This document shows, one piece after another, positions 10,094 to 19,184 of a DNA stretch of 30,551 nt. The position numbers and the translations under genes are program-made. The stretch is taken from assembly GCA_965261545.1 (NCBI GenBank), contig CBDHDF010000003.1:1-30551 (forward strand). The letters are read 5' to 3'. Numbering within the stretch: position 1 is the stretch's first letter; the number at the start of each line of letters is the position of its first letter. The notes under the pieces were generated by a model. The model saw only the letters and a program-made list of their open reading frames with translations, ran no database searches and had not been told where the DNA came from. This DNA is from Bdellovibrionales bacterium (GTDB lineage: Bacteria > Bdellovibrionota > Bdellovibrionia > Bdellovibrionales > UBA1609).

Positions 10094-10118
10094 GGGGGTA
10101 TCAACATGAGTGATCAAA

Positions 10119-11034
10119 TATTCATCATCCAACGGATGCATCGCTTTTATATGACTGCATAAGAGTTACAGAAAGAGAATTTAAAAAAGTTCGTAAAAAT
10201 GTCATGAAAGATTTTTGGCGACTTATTTCAAGAGAAGATCTTAAGAGAGCAAAAACCTTGCTTTACAAAATTAATAATTCCAAAAATGATGCGGAAAGAC
10301 TACCTTGCTATAAGGAGCTTTTAAAAATCGCTACCAAATTGAACAAAGGATTACCTGATACCATCAGAAAGATAAAAAAAGAACAAAAATGTGTGAAGAT
10401 GAATGCTTTGAAAAAGAGTCTAAAACAGTTAGAAAATGTTGCCTTCTACCTGGAAAAAATCATCTTTCAAACTCAAAAAAGAGTTATTGAGGGGAAAAAA
10501 GTATCTTCTGAAAAAAAGGTCCTATCCATCTTTGAACCGCATACAGACATTATTGTAAAGGGGCAAAGAGAAGTCGAGTTTGGGCATAAAATCTTTTTGA
10601 CCTCAGGGCAAAGCAACATGATTTTAGATTGTCAGATCCCTGATGGCAACCCCGCAGACTCTGATATGTTTTTAAAAGTTATGAATTCAGTGACACAAAC
10701 CTATGGGGCTTGCCCTGTAAAAGTAAGTGCAGATGGTGGGTTTGCTTCAAAAGAAAATCTTGAAGAGGCCAAAGAGATGGGGGCTAAAGATGTTTGCTTC
10801 CCAGAAAAAAAAGGAATGAAAATATTAAAGATGGTTAAAAGTGCTTGGGTCTTTAAAAATCTTCTCAATTGGAGAGCCGGAATAGAGGCTGTTATTTCAT
10901 TCCTTAAGAGATGTTTTGGTATGAGAGTTGCTTACTGGAAAGGGCATGATGGTTTTAAGAGGTATGTAAAGAATGCCGTTTGTGCCTATAATTTTGTTGT
11001 CTTGGCAAGACATGAATTATCAACTGTCACCTAA
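10119..11034 (+). pseudogene. ISNCY-type transposase, C-terminal part
   Basis: Continues NIHHPTDASLLYDCIRV...KVLSIFEPHTDIIVKGQREVEFGHK...GNPADS...SADGGFAS...WRAGIEAVISFLKRCFGM, covering the remaining D and E of the DDE triad. Confidence 0.88.
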
Positions 11035-11192
11035 ATTTATCCATTAGGAATAACAGCAATGGACCAGGTCGAAGGTGCTAAAATCTTCCAAAGGTAGGGG
11101 TGCGTCTTCAAATCGAAAAAACTAGGGCGCAAGTCGCTTAAAGACCTTTTTCCCCTTAATCTGTAGAGTTTGTGTGGCAAATCTCCAACTCT

Positions 11193-11232
11193 CACTCCCC
11201 CATTGAGGCATTGGGAGGCTCAATGGGGAGTG
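11193..11232. other. Strong hairpin near the right end of the ISNCY-type IS
   Basis: cactcccccattgag ... ctcaatggggagtg, a 14-bp stem with one bulged base. Confidence 0.6.
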
Positions 11233-11268
11233 TCAGAGAACAAAAAATGGGCCTTTCTGGACAGAAAC

Positions 11269-11858
11269 TACCTATCATTTGAATAGCATTGGCGATTTCG
11301 TTGAGAGCGGGAGAAAAGCAAAGATTCTTTGTCACACCCGATAAAACGTCATAAGCATGAGATAGATACATACGTAAGAAATGAGTTTCCATCTCATTTG
11401 GGCAAGGGTACCCACAATAACCCTCCTTTAAAAGATCTTTAGAGCGAGGAAGTGCTAATTGGTCGCCATCTATGGCATAGATATAAAAACCATGAAACGT
11501 TTTTCTCAATGGTTCGTAGTCTGTAATCAGAGATTCAAAGATATCTTTGAAAAATAGGTAAGAAATACTTTGACGTATCTTGCTGAGACTGCTTTTGACT
11601 GGCATGAGAAGCAGGTCACCAAAATGAGTCCATACCGTCTTAAGAGCGATTTGGTAGCCTTCGTAATTTGTTCCGGAAATAAGATAGATAATGGTAAAAA
11701 AGAAAATTTGAGGATTAAATTTTCGATTCCTTTTTTGTTTTTCTGGATCGACAAGGTGCTCTGGCTTGAAGGAAGAATCAAGTTTTGGTAGAATAAAATG
11801 GTCATCTGTGACGCGAACTCGTCATTTGGGGGCTTTCGAGATCAATATTGGATTGCAT
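11269..11858 (-). pseudogene. IS4-family transposase, N-terminal part
   Basis: RBS aaggag then ATG 11858. After an apparent 1-nt shift it reads ...KQKRNRKFNPQIFF...PVKSSLSKIRQSIS...IYAIDGDQLALP (first Asp)...YDVLSG...AIQMIG. Confidence 0.82.
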
Positions 11859-11988
11859 GTGACTTACTCCTTGGTTGAGGGTTGGGTGTAAAATAAAACA
11901 AGTCTTATTCTTGTCGATTTATCTAATGATTTCAAGAGATTTTTCTTAAGGAAACGGCATTGCCTCTGGTAGAATGCGCTTTCAAGTA

Positions 11989-13876
11989 GAGCCTGTAAAC
12001 TATTTTGTGTAACTGCCGAATCATATTAGGATGAACTATCATCCTGAAAGGAGAAGGCAGAATGGATATCAAGACAATAGGCAAGGAACTAGCGAAGAAC
12101 GTCAAGACCCAAAAGGATTTATCCGACATAACGGGTCAACTGATGAAGGTTGTTTTAGAGACGGCCCTTAATGCGGAAATGGACGATCACCTAGGTTATG
12201 AGAGGCATGAGAAGTCTGAGACCCGCAAATCCAACACTCGCAATGGTTACAGTAGAAAGACCATAAAGGGAGAGAAAGGCGAGGTGGAGCTTCAGGTCCC
12301 CCGTGACCGAAGTGCCTCCTTTGAACCTCAAGTCATTCCCAAGGGTAAGACTCGTCTTGAGGGCTTTGAAGACAGTATCCTGACCCTCTATGCGAGGGGA
12401 ATGACGACCAGGGATATTCAAGGAGCTATCAAAGACCTCTACCATGGTGCAGAGATATCCCACTCAGTGATAGCCAACGTGACGGATGCTGTTATTGATG
12501 AAGTTACGGCTTGGCAGAACCGCCCCTTGGATAGCACTTACCCTATCGTATTTTTGGACTGTATCGTGGTGAAGGTCCATCAAGACAAGAGAGTTATTAA
12601 TAAGGCGATTTACCTAGCTCTTGGTATTACAGAGGAGGGTCAGAAAGACTTGTTGGGCCTATGGATTTCTGAAAATGAGGGTTCAAAGTTTTGGTTGAGT
12701 GTTTTGACTGAGCTGCAAAATCGAGGGTTGAAAGATGTATTTATATTTTCTGTAGATGGTCTTACAGGTTTTCCTCAAGCCATTTCAGCGGCTTTTCCCA
12801 AGTCTAAAGTGCAACTGTGCATTGTCCATATGGTCCGCAATTCCCTTCGCTATGTTCCTTCCAAGGATATGAAAGCTGTCGCCCAAGACCTCAAGTCCAT
12901 TTATGGCTCTACGACTCTGACAGAAGCTGAAAAGGCCCTTGAGGAATTTTGTACCAAGTGGTCTTCAAAGTATCCTAATATTGAAAAGTCTTGGCGTAGG
13001 AATTGGGACAATCTCATCACTATTTTCGATTATCCGGATGAAATCAGAAAGATTTTTTATACCACAAACGCCATAGAGTCGTTAAATAGCGTGATCCGCA
13101 AGGCGATCAGAAATCGTAAGATATTTCCCAGTGATCGGTCGGCTTTAAAAGTTGTATATTTAGCGATAAAAATGGCCTCTAAGCGATGGACACGACCATT
13201 ACACAACTGGAAGCCAGCCATGAACAGGTTTGCCATTGAATACGGTGACCGTTTTGACAACTAAGTTTTTTAATAAGGTCCACCACCTGCCTTATAAGGG
13301 GGCTTAAAAGCCCCTCTAAGGCGTTGACAGAAGTACTGGAATACCGAGACTATGGTTAGGGTAATATAGTATGGGAACCTAAATACATGCCCTCTTGGTG
13401 CAGATTTGGGTTTCCATTTTTTTTCATATTTCATCCCAATTCTGGTATTTCTCGAATATCCTAAGTTAAAAAAAATAAAAAAAAGGGGGTAATATAGTAT
13501 GGGAACCTAAACACATGAACCCTTTGATGAGATTGGAATTTCCATTTTTTTGAGAGAGCCATTGCTGATTTTTTTTCAACCAAGATGATAATTATTTATT
13601 TGAGTTCTTTCCAGTTCTGATATGATCCCATTACGGCTCCATAATACAATCAAAAGTCCAGAGTAACTAAAGAGGCCATTATATAGACCAGCGAAGATGT
13701 CCACCTCCCCATTAACTTATAATGCATTGTGACTGACAAAATCGCTTGAAGGAAAAAATGTCAATTATACATTGACGAATAATATGGGACTGTGCTTTTT
13801 ACCAGGAGTGGAGCCACATAAGTGGCTTTAAGATTTAAGAAAAAAATTGCAGTTACACAATTATTTTTACAGTCCC
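11989..13876 (+). mobile_element. IS256-family element, copy 2 (1888 bp)
   Basis: Same TIRs as copy 1. Own 8-bp TSD ttcaagta at 11981-11988 and 13877-13884. Differs from copy 1 by a few SNPs and small indels. Confidence 0.95.
12062..13264 (+). CDS. IS256-family transposase, 400 aa
   Basis: Identical to the 1217-2419 protein except one N/D change (PSKNMK vs PSKDMK). Confidence 0.97.
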   Translation: MDIKTIGKELAKNVKTQKDLSDITGQLMKVVLETALNAEMDDHLGYERHEKSETRKSNTRNGYSRKTIKGEKGEVELQVPRDRSASFEPQVIPKGKTRLEGFEDSILTLYARGMTTRDIQGAIKDLYHGAEISHSVIANVTDAVIDEVTAWQNRPLDSTYPIVFLDCIVVKVHQDKRVINKAIYLALGITEEGQKDLLGLWISENEGSKFWLSVLTELQNRGLKDVFIFSVDGLTGFPQAISAAFPKSKVQLCIVHMVRNSLRYVPSKDMKAVAQDLKSIYGSTTLTEAEKALEEFCTKWSSKYPNIEKSWRRNWDNLITIFDYPDEIRKIFYTTNAIESLNSVIRKAIRNRKIFPSDRSALKVVYLAIKMASKRWTRPLHNWKPAMNRFAIEYGDRFDN

Positions 13877-14531
13877 TTCAAGTACGCCTCAACCTCAATC
13901 ATAAAACAACGTAATTCCCCTTGGTCCCTCACCCCATTCGTAGTGAATGAATCTAAAACCTTGCGCAAACCACCAACTGAGCTTGAAAAAAATCTATTTC
14001 TACATCTTAGGATCTACTGGCATAACTGGTGGATTTCTAAAAAAGACCTTTTATCCTTCCTGTTCTCTTCCCCTTGGCTAAGGATCGAAGAATATGAGCA
14101 CGAACACGCTTGTATTAGATTCTTGAAGGTTCTTTGTGGAGTCTCTGTGAGGCTAATACGGTCTAAAGAACTCGGCATGGTAGCTCTTTTCTTTTAAGGG
14201 CTTTTGTTAAGTCCTGTTTAAATTTACTTTATATTATATATTGTCCTTTTAAAATAGATAATGGGAGATGTCAAAAAAAGTATCGCCAGAAGACTGGGGA
14301 ATATAGGCGCCGTGACCGTAGAGGAATTGCTGCAAACGGTTGGCTTGATGCTTGATGGGAGTGTAACGATGTCGTCTTACACCAGAGGCTAGTGGAGCCA
14401 GACCCCTCCCTGTCCAAGACAAGAAGCGACTTTTTATCGTGCCTTGAAGAACAGCCCGTTTCCTTTGCCTTGCCTTAGTGATTTGTTCAGATGACCCTTT
14501 TCGTATTTTGTAATATAGTTCTTACAGACTT

Positions 14532-14944
14532 ACGAAGAGTACATCGGTATGTCGTCGCCCGTATTATGCGGAGCATTGGCGTGGTTGAGTTATGTAAGTA
14601 TTTGTAAATAATAAGTTATTTCGATTTGTCGTCGCTATGTCATTGAGAGGTCGCAACATGAGCTTTGAACGAAGAGTGCATCGGTATGTCGTCGCCCGTA
14701 TTATGCGGAGCATTGGTCTGGTTGAGTTATGTAAGTATTTGTAAATAATGAGCTATTTCGATTTGTCGTCGCTATGTCATTGAGAGGTCGCAACATGGGC
14801 TTTGAGCGAAGAGTGCATCGGTATGTCGTCGCCCATATTATGCGGGGCATTGGTCTGGTTGAGTTATGTAAGTATTTGTAAATAATGAGTTATTTCGATT
14901 TGTCGTCGCTATGTCATTGAGAGGTCGCAACATGAGTTTTGAGC
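14532..14944 (+). repeat. Tandem repeat, 3 x 137 bp
   Basis: Units start at 14532, 14669 and 14806 (cgaagagt(a/g)catcggtatgtcgtcgccc...gtcattgagaggtcgcaacatg(a/g)g(c/t)tttga) with only scattered substitutions and no spacers. Confidence 0.95.
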
Positions 14945-15325
14945 AAGGGAAACCAGATTTAGAAATGTTACTGTCTCATATTGCAGGTGGCAAGTTGCTT
15001 GAAATCCAATACCCTCGATTGGAACTGAAGTCGGAGTGGAGCAAAGATTGTGGCCAAGACATTTCTGCAATAGCAAATCATGAGTCTCAAACTGGTGGTT
15101 GGCTCATTGTGGGGCTTAATGATAAGGGCATTCTCCAAGAAAAAAATGAAGGTTGGGCTAAAGCAAGAGAAGAGTTGTTAGGAGATCAAATTAACCGACT
15201 TCTTTCTCCTTATTATTCTGTTGGTGAGATTCATGTTCAAGACATCAGGGGAAGTTTTTTAATTCTCCTAGATATTCAAAGCCCAGGCGACGTTACTGAA
15301 TGGAATGGAGAAGCATATAAACTTT
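14932..15325 (+). pseudogene. AlbA_2/Schlafen-like domain protein, 3'-truncated by ISL3
   Basis: RLELKSEW...DISAIANHESQTGGWLIVGLNDKG fits the AlbA_2 pattern ExK...isAfAN..GG.liiGv.D. The native frame is cut at the ISL3 end (15326). Confidence 0.72.
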
Positions 15326-17046
15326 GGCTATATCCGAGTTTCTCGGAGCCTAAAGTCCAAATTCCCTAGGGAAATAGCTAAAAACTGGATGTACAGGTTA
15401 TTCCTAAGATTTGTACATAAAAACACGGAGGACAGGGCTACCAAATCACTTGTGTGGAGAGCCGCCGTTATCCACAAGACTCACCCACAGCAGCGCTGCT
15501 TTATTGTGGCTCCGAGGGCCATAGCCGCAGCGTCGCCATGGATGAGTCTGTGGATAACTGACTCATCTTGGCGGAGTTAGTATAGGGAGGTGAATTGGAA
15601 AAAGAAATGTTGATCGACAATAAAAACTATAATGTACAAAAACGCTTGGGGAAACTTCCAACAATATCCAAATCCCCAGCACACAAGTAAATCATATTCT
15701 CAAAACCCTGTAGGTTCTTAAATCCTGAAGCCCGATTTTTTATGATCTTTAGAAGGCGATTGATTCCCTCAGCCTTGGCATTTGTGACAGGATCTTTAAT
15801 GAAGGAAAGAATATTTTCTTGGTGCTTCCTGAGCATCAAGGCAAACTTTTTCATAGAATCAATGCGTGATCTTAAGGCACGAGTGATCCAGGCATTCAGA
15901 AAATTCGCAGCATGACCTGGACTCACATAATCCCAGAAATGCTCAAAATTATCTTTAAGCAGCCATGCTCTGAATATTTTATTGTTAGATTTCTCCATGA
16001 GGTTAATTTTACGAGTTTGGGCCTTACTACGAGAGGATGAACTGTAGGCTATCAACCAGCGAGTTCCCTTAATAGCCTTTCTGTCCTTCTTGCAGGCATC
16101 TCTCCAAATTTCTTTTCTCACCTCATCCACAGCCCTGTTGAGGGATTGAATAATGTGAAATTTGTCCAAAACGAGAGTAGCATTCTTACAATGCTCCTTG
16201 ATAGAGGAGATGTAGCCTTGAGCCATATCACAACAAGCCACTCTAATTTTGTCTCGCTGATATTGGCTGAGTTCCTTTGTAAAAAAGGAGTCTATTGTCT
16301 CCTTACCCTTACCTTTTCCAATCCAAACGACACAGCCTTTCTTCATGTCGTAAATCAAGGTAATAAACTTCCTTCCCTTAGCATAAGAAATTTCATCGAC
16401 TCCAATGACCTCCAAACCACGAATTTTGTGACCATCTCGTTCCCTGTGGATGATTCGATGAATAAGATCAGATAAGGTGGATGTGGGTATCTTGACAAGC
16501 TCTGAAACGGCTTTTTGGGTCATCTGCTTGGTCAGGGTCAGAATTGTTAGTTCCAGACGATAGGTGACTCGACTGAAGTGGTCGGCCCAAGGAATTCTCT
16601 CCATAATACGACCATGAGTGGGACACAGAACTTCCTTCGGAGAATAATGGAAATAAATGGGGGTACCGCACACGACGATATCTCGCCACACTCTTTCTTC
16701 TAAGCATCTAAGTATCTTACAGCGGCGTCCACAATGAGGACAGCGGCAGCCATTCTTATGGGGTTTAACCCCTAAGTGAAGTTCTTGATTTCGATTTTTA
16801 AATTTAACCCAAGTCACTTTTAAGAATGATAATTTCAACATCTTTATAATAAACTTATTCAAGACCATGGCATCTCCTGTATTATTTTCCAATAAGTAAA
16901 TTAAGAGATTAAACCATGGTTTTTTTATGGGTAAAGTAATGAGGGGGATAAATCATGGAAATTGAATTATTTTCTTGGTTTTTAATGCGGTAATTCTGCG
17001 ACGTCGAAATTAGGCCCATTTTCTGTTGAGAAACTCGGATATACCC
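15326..17046 (-). mobile_element. ISL3-family element (1721 bp)
   Basis: TIRs ggctatatccgagtttctc (15326-15344) and gagaaactcggatataccc (17028-17046). No matching TSD. Confidence 0.9.
15627..16892 (-). CDS. ISL3-family transposase, about 421 aa
   Basis: N-terminal Zn finger CPHCG...CPTHG, IGVDEIS, ACCDMAQGY, VLDKFHII, VTNAKAEGINRLLKIIKNRASGFKN. Confidence 0.95.
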   Translation of the reverse strand: MENNTGDAMVLNKFIIKMLKLSFLKVTWVKFKNRNQELHLGVKPHKNGCRCPHCGRRCKILRCLEERVWRDIVVCGTPIYFHYSPKEVLCPTHGRIMERIPWADHFSRVTYRLELTILTLTKQMTQKAVSELVKIPTSTLSDLIHRIIHRERDGHKIRGLEVIGVDEISYAKGRKFITLIYDMKKGCVVWIGKGKGKETIDSFFTKELSQYQRDKIRVACCDMAQGYISSIKEHCKNATLVLDKFHIIQSLNRAVDEVRKEIWRDACKKDRKAIKGTRWLIAYSSSSRSKAQTRKINLMEKSNNKIFRAWLLKDNFEHFWDYVSPGHAANFLNAWITRALRSRIDSMKKFALMLRKHQENILSFIKDPVTNAKAEGINRLLKIIKNRASGFKNLQGFENMIYLCAGDLDIVGSFPKRFCTL

Positions 17047-17279
17047 GTTTTTATAAATGTCATTCATTAAAGGAACTAGCCTTGGATCTTCAAACCTCTC
17101 ATAGCCAAACAATTCTCTGACGTGGGTGAAGTTTTTTTGCTCAATGTAGCAGTTGTCATTCTTTTTGTAGGGGCGAGAACGAGTGAACTTGATGTTAGAT
17201 AATTGGGTGAATTGAAGGACAGGCTTGTTTAAGAACTCACTTCCTGAGTCTGAGTTCATGGCCAGTAGTTTAAAAGGTA
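17047..17279 (-). pseudogene. rve-type DDE transposase, distal fragment
   Basis: IPFKLLAMNSDSGSEFLN...FTRSRPYKKNDNCYIEQKNFTHVRELFGYERFE, containing the second D and the E. Cut at the ISL3 end. Confidence 0.85.
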
Positions 17280-17285
17280 TAGCTT

Positions 17286-19184
17286 CCTGAAATCCCTAAA
17301 AGTTGTAACTAGGTGTAGGACTTAAGTCCTGATTATTGTCTGAGAAGGCCTTCACTTTGATTAAGAGATTGTCATCTCTTCAAAAGCATAGTTACAATAT
17401 TAACGATGTCATACACTTTTGAGCAAAAAAATAAGGGAAAAACCTATGTCTATAAAGTTGAAAGCTTTTGGGACAAGGAAAAAAAGCAGGCCAGGCAAAA
17501 ACGCATCTACCTTGGAAGAAAGGATGAGTTTACAGGTCAAATTAAGACCAAAAGAAAAAAGATTCCCATAGGCTCCTATAATGTGGGAGCCTTATTTTTC
17601 TTAGAGAAAATATGCGAACAACTAAATCTTCTAAAAACATTGTCTAAAATTTATCCAGATAATTACGAACATTATTTGCATTTAGCTTTTTTTAAAATAA
17701 TCAAAAGAGAGCCCTTTTATCTTTACGATATGTGGTGTCAAGAAGCTTATGTTTCAAAGAAAAATTTTATGTCGTCACAAAAAATAAGCAATCTCTTATG
17801 TGATCTTGGGAGAGATCAAAAAAAGATAGAATCTTTCTTTAGCGAATGGATAAATCAAGTGAAGGGTTCTGGTACGGTAATGTTTGACATCACATCCTTT
17901 TCTTCCTACTCTATGAATAATGAATTTTTAGAGAAAGGTTACAACAGAGATGGAGAGAATCTCGAACAAATAAACTTAGGTCTGATAAGTAGGAAATCTG
18001 AAGACAATAAAACTCATACGCCTATAGCGTACAGAATCTATCCTGGAAGTATACCGGATGTCAAAACTTTATCGAATATTATTGAGATCATAACAAGTTA
18101 TAAATTAGATTTAGATTGTTTAGTTATGGATAAGGGTTTTTCTAGTGTAGAAAATATTAAGGGACTGCATCGTAAGGAATTGAAGTATTTGATACCCATG
18201 AGTTTTAGAACAAAACTCTCAAGAGAGCTTGCTGTGGCTTTAAATGAGAAAATAAAATCTCCATCATGCTCTTTTACTTTTAATGAGGAAATTTATTCGC
18301 ATTGCAAAGAATCAATAAAAATCGGAGGATTTGATTGTACGGCTCATATTTTCTTAGACAAAGAAAGAAGGGTTTATGAGGAATCTGTGTTAATGAAAGA
18401 GTTGCTTGATTTTATGAAACTCTTTCTTGAGAAAGATTTGAAATCAGAAGAACAAGCTAGTTCCTATATGAAAGAAACTTTAGGAAATAAAAAAAGGTTT
18501 CTCAATATCTCTGATTGCACTCCATTTAAGATTTCTTTAAATGAAGAAAATATTAATGAAGAATCTTCTACGCTGGGTATTATGATATTAATTACAAATA
18601 GTCATGATTTAAAGAAAACAAATATATTGAGTTTATATCGAAACAAAGATATCATTGAGAAAGTATTTTTCTCATTCAAGCATGATATTAATGGAAGGAG
18701 AAGTCGAGTTCATTCTCTCATGAATATGAGGGGAAGCATCTTTATTAATTTTCTCTCTTTAATTTTAATTTCACATATTGATACTGTTATGAAAGATAAG
18801 AAGTTATATAAAAAAATGTCTAAAATAGAAATTTACAAAATGATGGACCGATTAAAATTTTATGAATTAGCTACAGGTGATCTGATGCTTGGAGAGCTGT
18901 CTAAAAAACAAAAGGATATTTTTTCAGCCTTCCAAATAGATGGGCTTCCCAAGACAAAATGATGTTTTTTATCTGTTTCAAATGTGACGGTGGCTGTGGC
19001 TACCACTATGCCTCATCTATCCAATGGGGACGAAGAGGACCTTTCGCAGCAAATTCTTATGAATCATATTAAATATATTAATACTATTAAACCTCTCAAA
19101 CCGTTGACAGCAGCCAATTCCATAGGAAGAGAGGAAAGTTAACGCAATACATTAAACCTAGTTACAACTTTTAGGGATTTCAGG
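17286..19184 (+). mobile_element. IS1634-family element (1899 bp)
   Basis: Perfect 29-bp TIRs cctgaaatccctaaaagttgtaactaggt. 6-bp TSD tagctt at 17280-17285 and 19185-19190. Confidence 0.93.
17406..18962 (+). CDS. IS1634-family transposase, 518 aa
   Basis: YVYKVESFWDKEKKQARQKRIYLG, FDITSFSSYS, KGYNRDGENLEQINLGL, YPGSIPDV, VMDKGFSS, YRNKDIIEKVFFSFK. Confidence 0.93.
   Translation: MSYTFEQKNKGKTYVYKVESFWDKEKKQARQKRIYLGRKDEFTGQIKTKRKKIPIGSYNVGALFFLEKICEQLNLLKTLSKIYPDNYEHYLHLAFFKIIKREPFYLYDMWCQEAYVSKKNFMSSQKISNLLCDLGRDQKKIESFFSEWINQVKGSGTVMFDITSFSSYSMNNEFLEKGYNRDGENLEQINLGLISRKSEDNKTHTPIAYRIYPGSIPDVKTLSNIIEIITSYKLDLDCLVMDKGFSSVENIKGLHRKELKYLIPMSFRTKLSRELAVALNEKIKSPSCSFTFNEEIYSHCKESIKIGGFDCTAHIFLDKERRVYEESVLMKELLDFMKLFLEKDLKSEEQASSYMKETLGNKKRFLNISDCTPFKISLNEENINEESSTLGIMILITNSHDLKKTNILSLYRNKDIIEKVFFSFKHDINGRRSRVHSLMNMRGSIFINFLSLILISHIDTVMKDKKLYKKMSKIEIYKMMDRLKFYELATGDLMLGELSKKQKDIFSAFQIDGLPKTK

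Larger units (their letters stand above)
7662..10118 (+). mobile_element. Compact large-serine-recombinase integrative element (2457 bp)
   Basis: Bounded by a shared core atcaaa (7656-7661 and 10113-10118). Subterminal inverted 8-mers ataccccc (7677-7684) and gggggtat (10094-10101). Removal rejoins the host transposase in frame. Confidence 0.88.
6662..11268 (+). mobile_element. ISNCY-type (IS5-like DDE) insertion sequence (about 2150 bp native), itself interrupted
   Basis: TIRs gttcctgtccag / ctggacagaaac. TSD taccta at 6656-6661 and 11269-11274 (boundary could shift 1-2 bp). Removing it restores the IS4 codons IGSFESN. Confidence 0.85.
5933..11962 (-). mobile_element. IS4-family element (about 1417 bp native), interrupted by a nested IS
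   Basis: Perfect 18-bp TIRs caatgccgtttccttaag (5933-5950) and cttaaggaaacggcattg (11945-11962), similar to the IS4 end TAATGCCGATCAGTTAAG. 10-bp TSD cctctggtag at 5923-5932 and 11963-11972. Confidence 0.93.

Noticed and set aside
1144..13876. Composite transposon formed by the two IS256 copies around the helicase-nuclease
   Set aside because: Each copy has its own distinct 8-bp TSD on both sides, so they are independent insertions.
13847..14197. 116-aa ORF after IS256 copy 2 (and the similar 2974-3369 ORF)
   Set aside because: Both start inside the IS end and read into unrelated flank, with no motifs.
1074..14378. Inverted 9-mers taagacgac (1074) and gtcgtctta (14370) as ends of a larger element
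   Set aside because: Match is too short, and there is no TSD or associated transposase.
14532..14944. CRISPR array or integron attC cassette array
   Set aside because: Whole 137-bp units repeat with no unique spacers or cassettes. No clear attC inverted core sites and no integron integrase.
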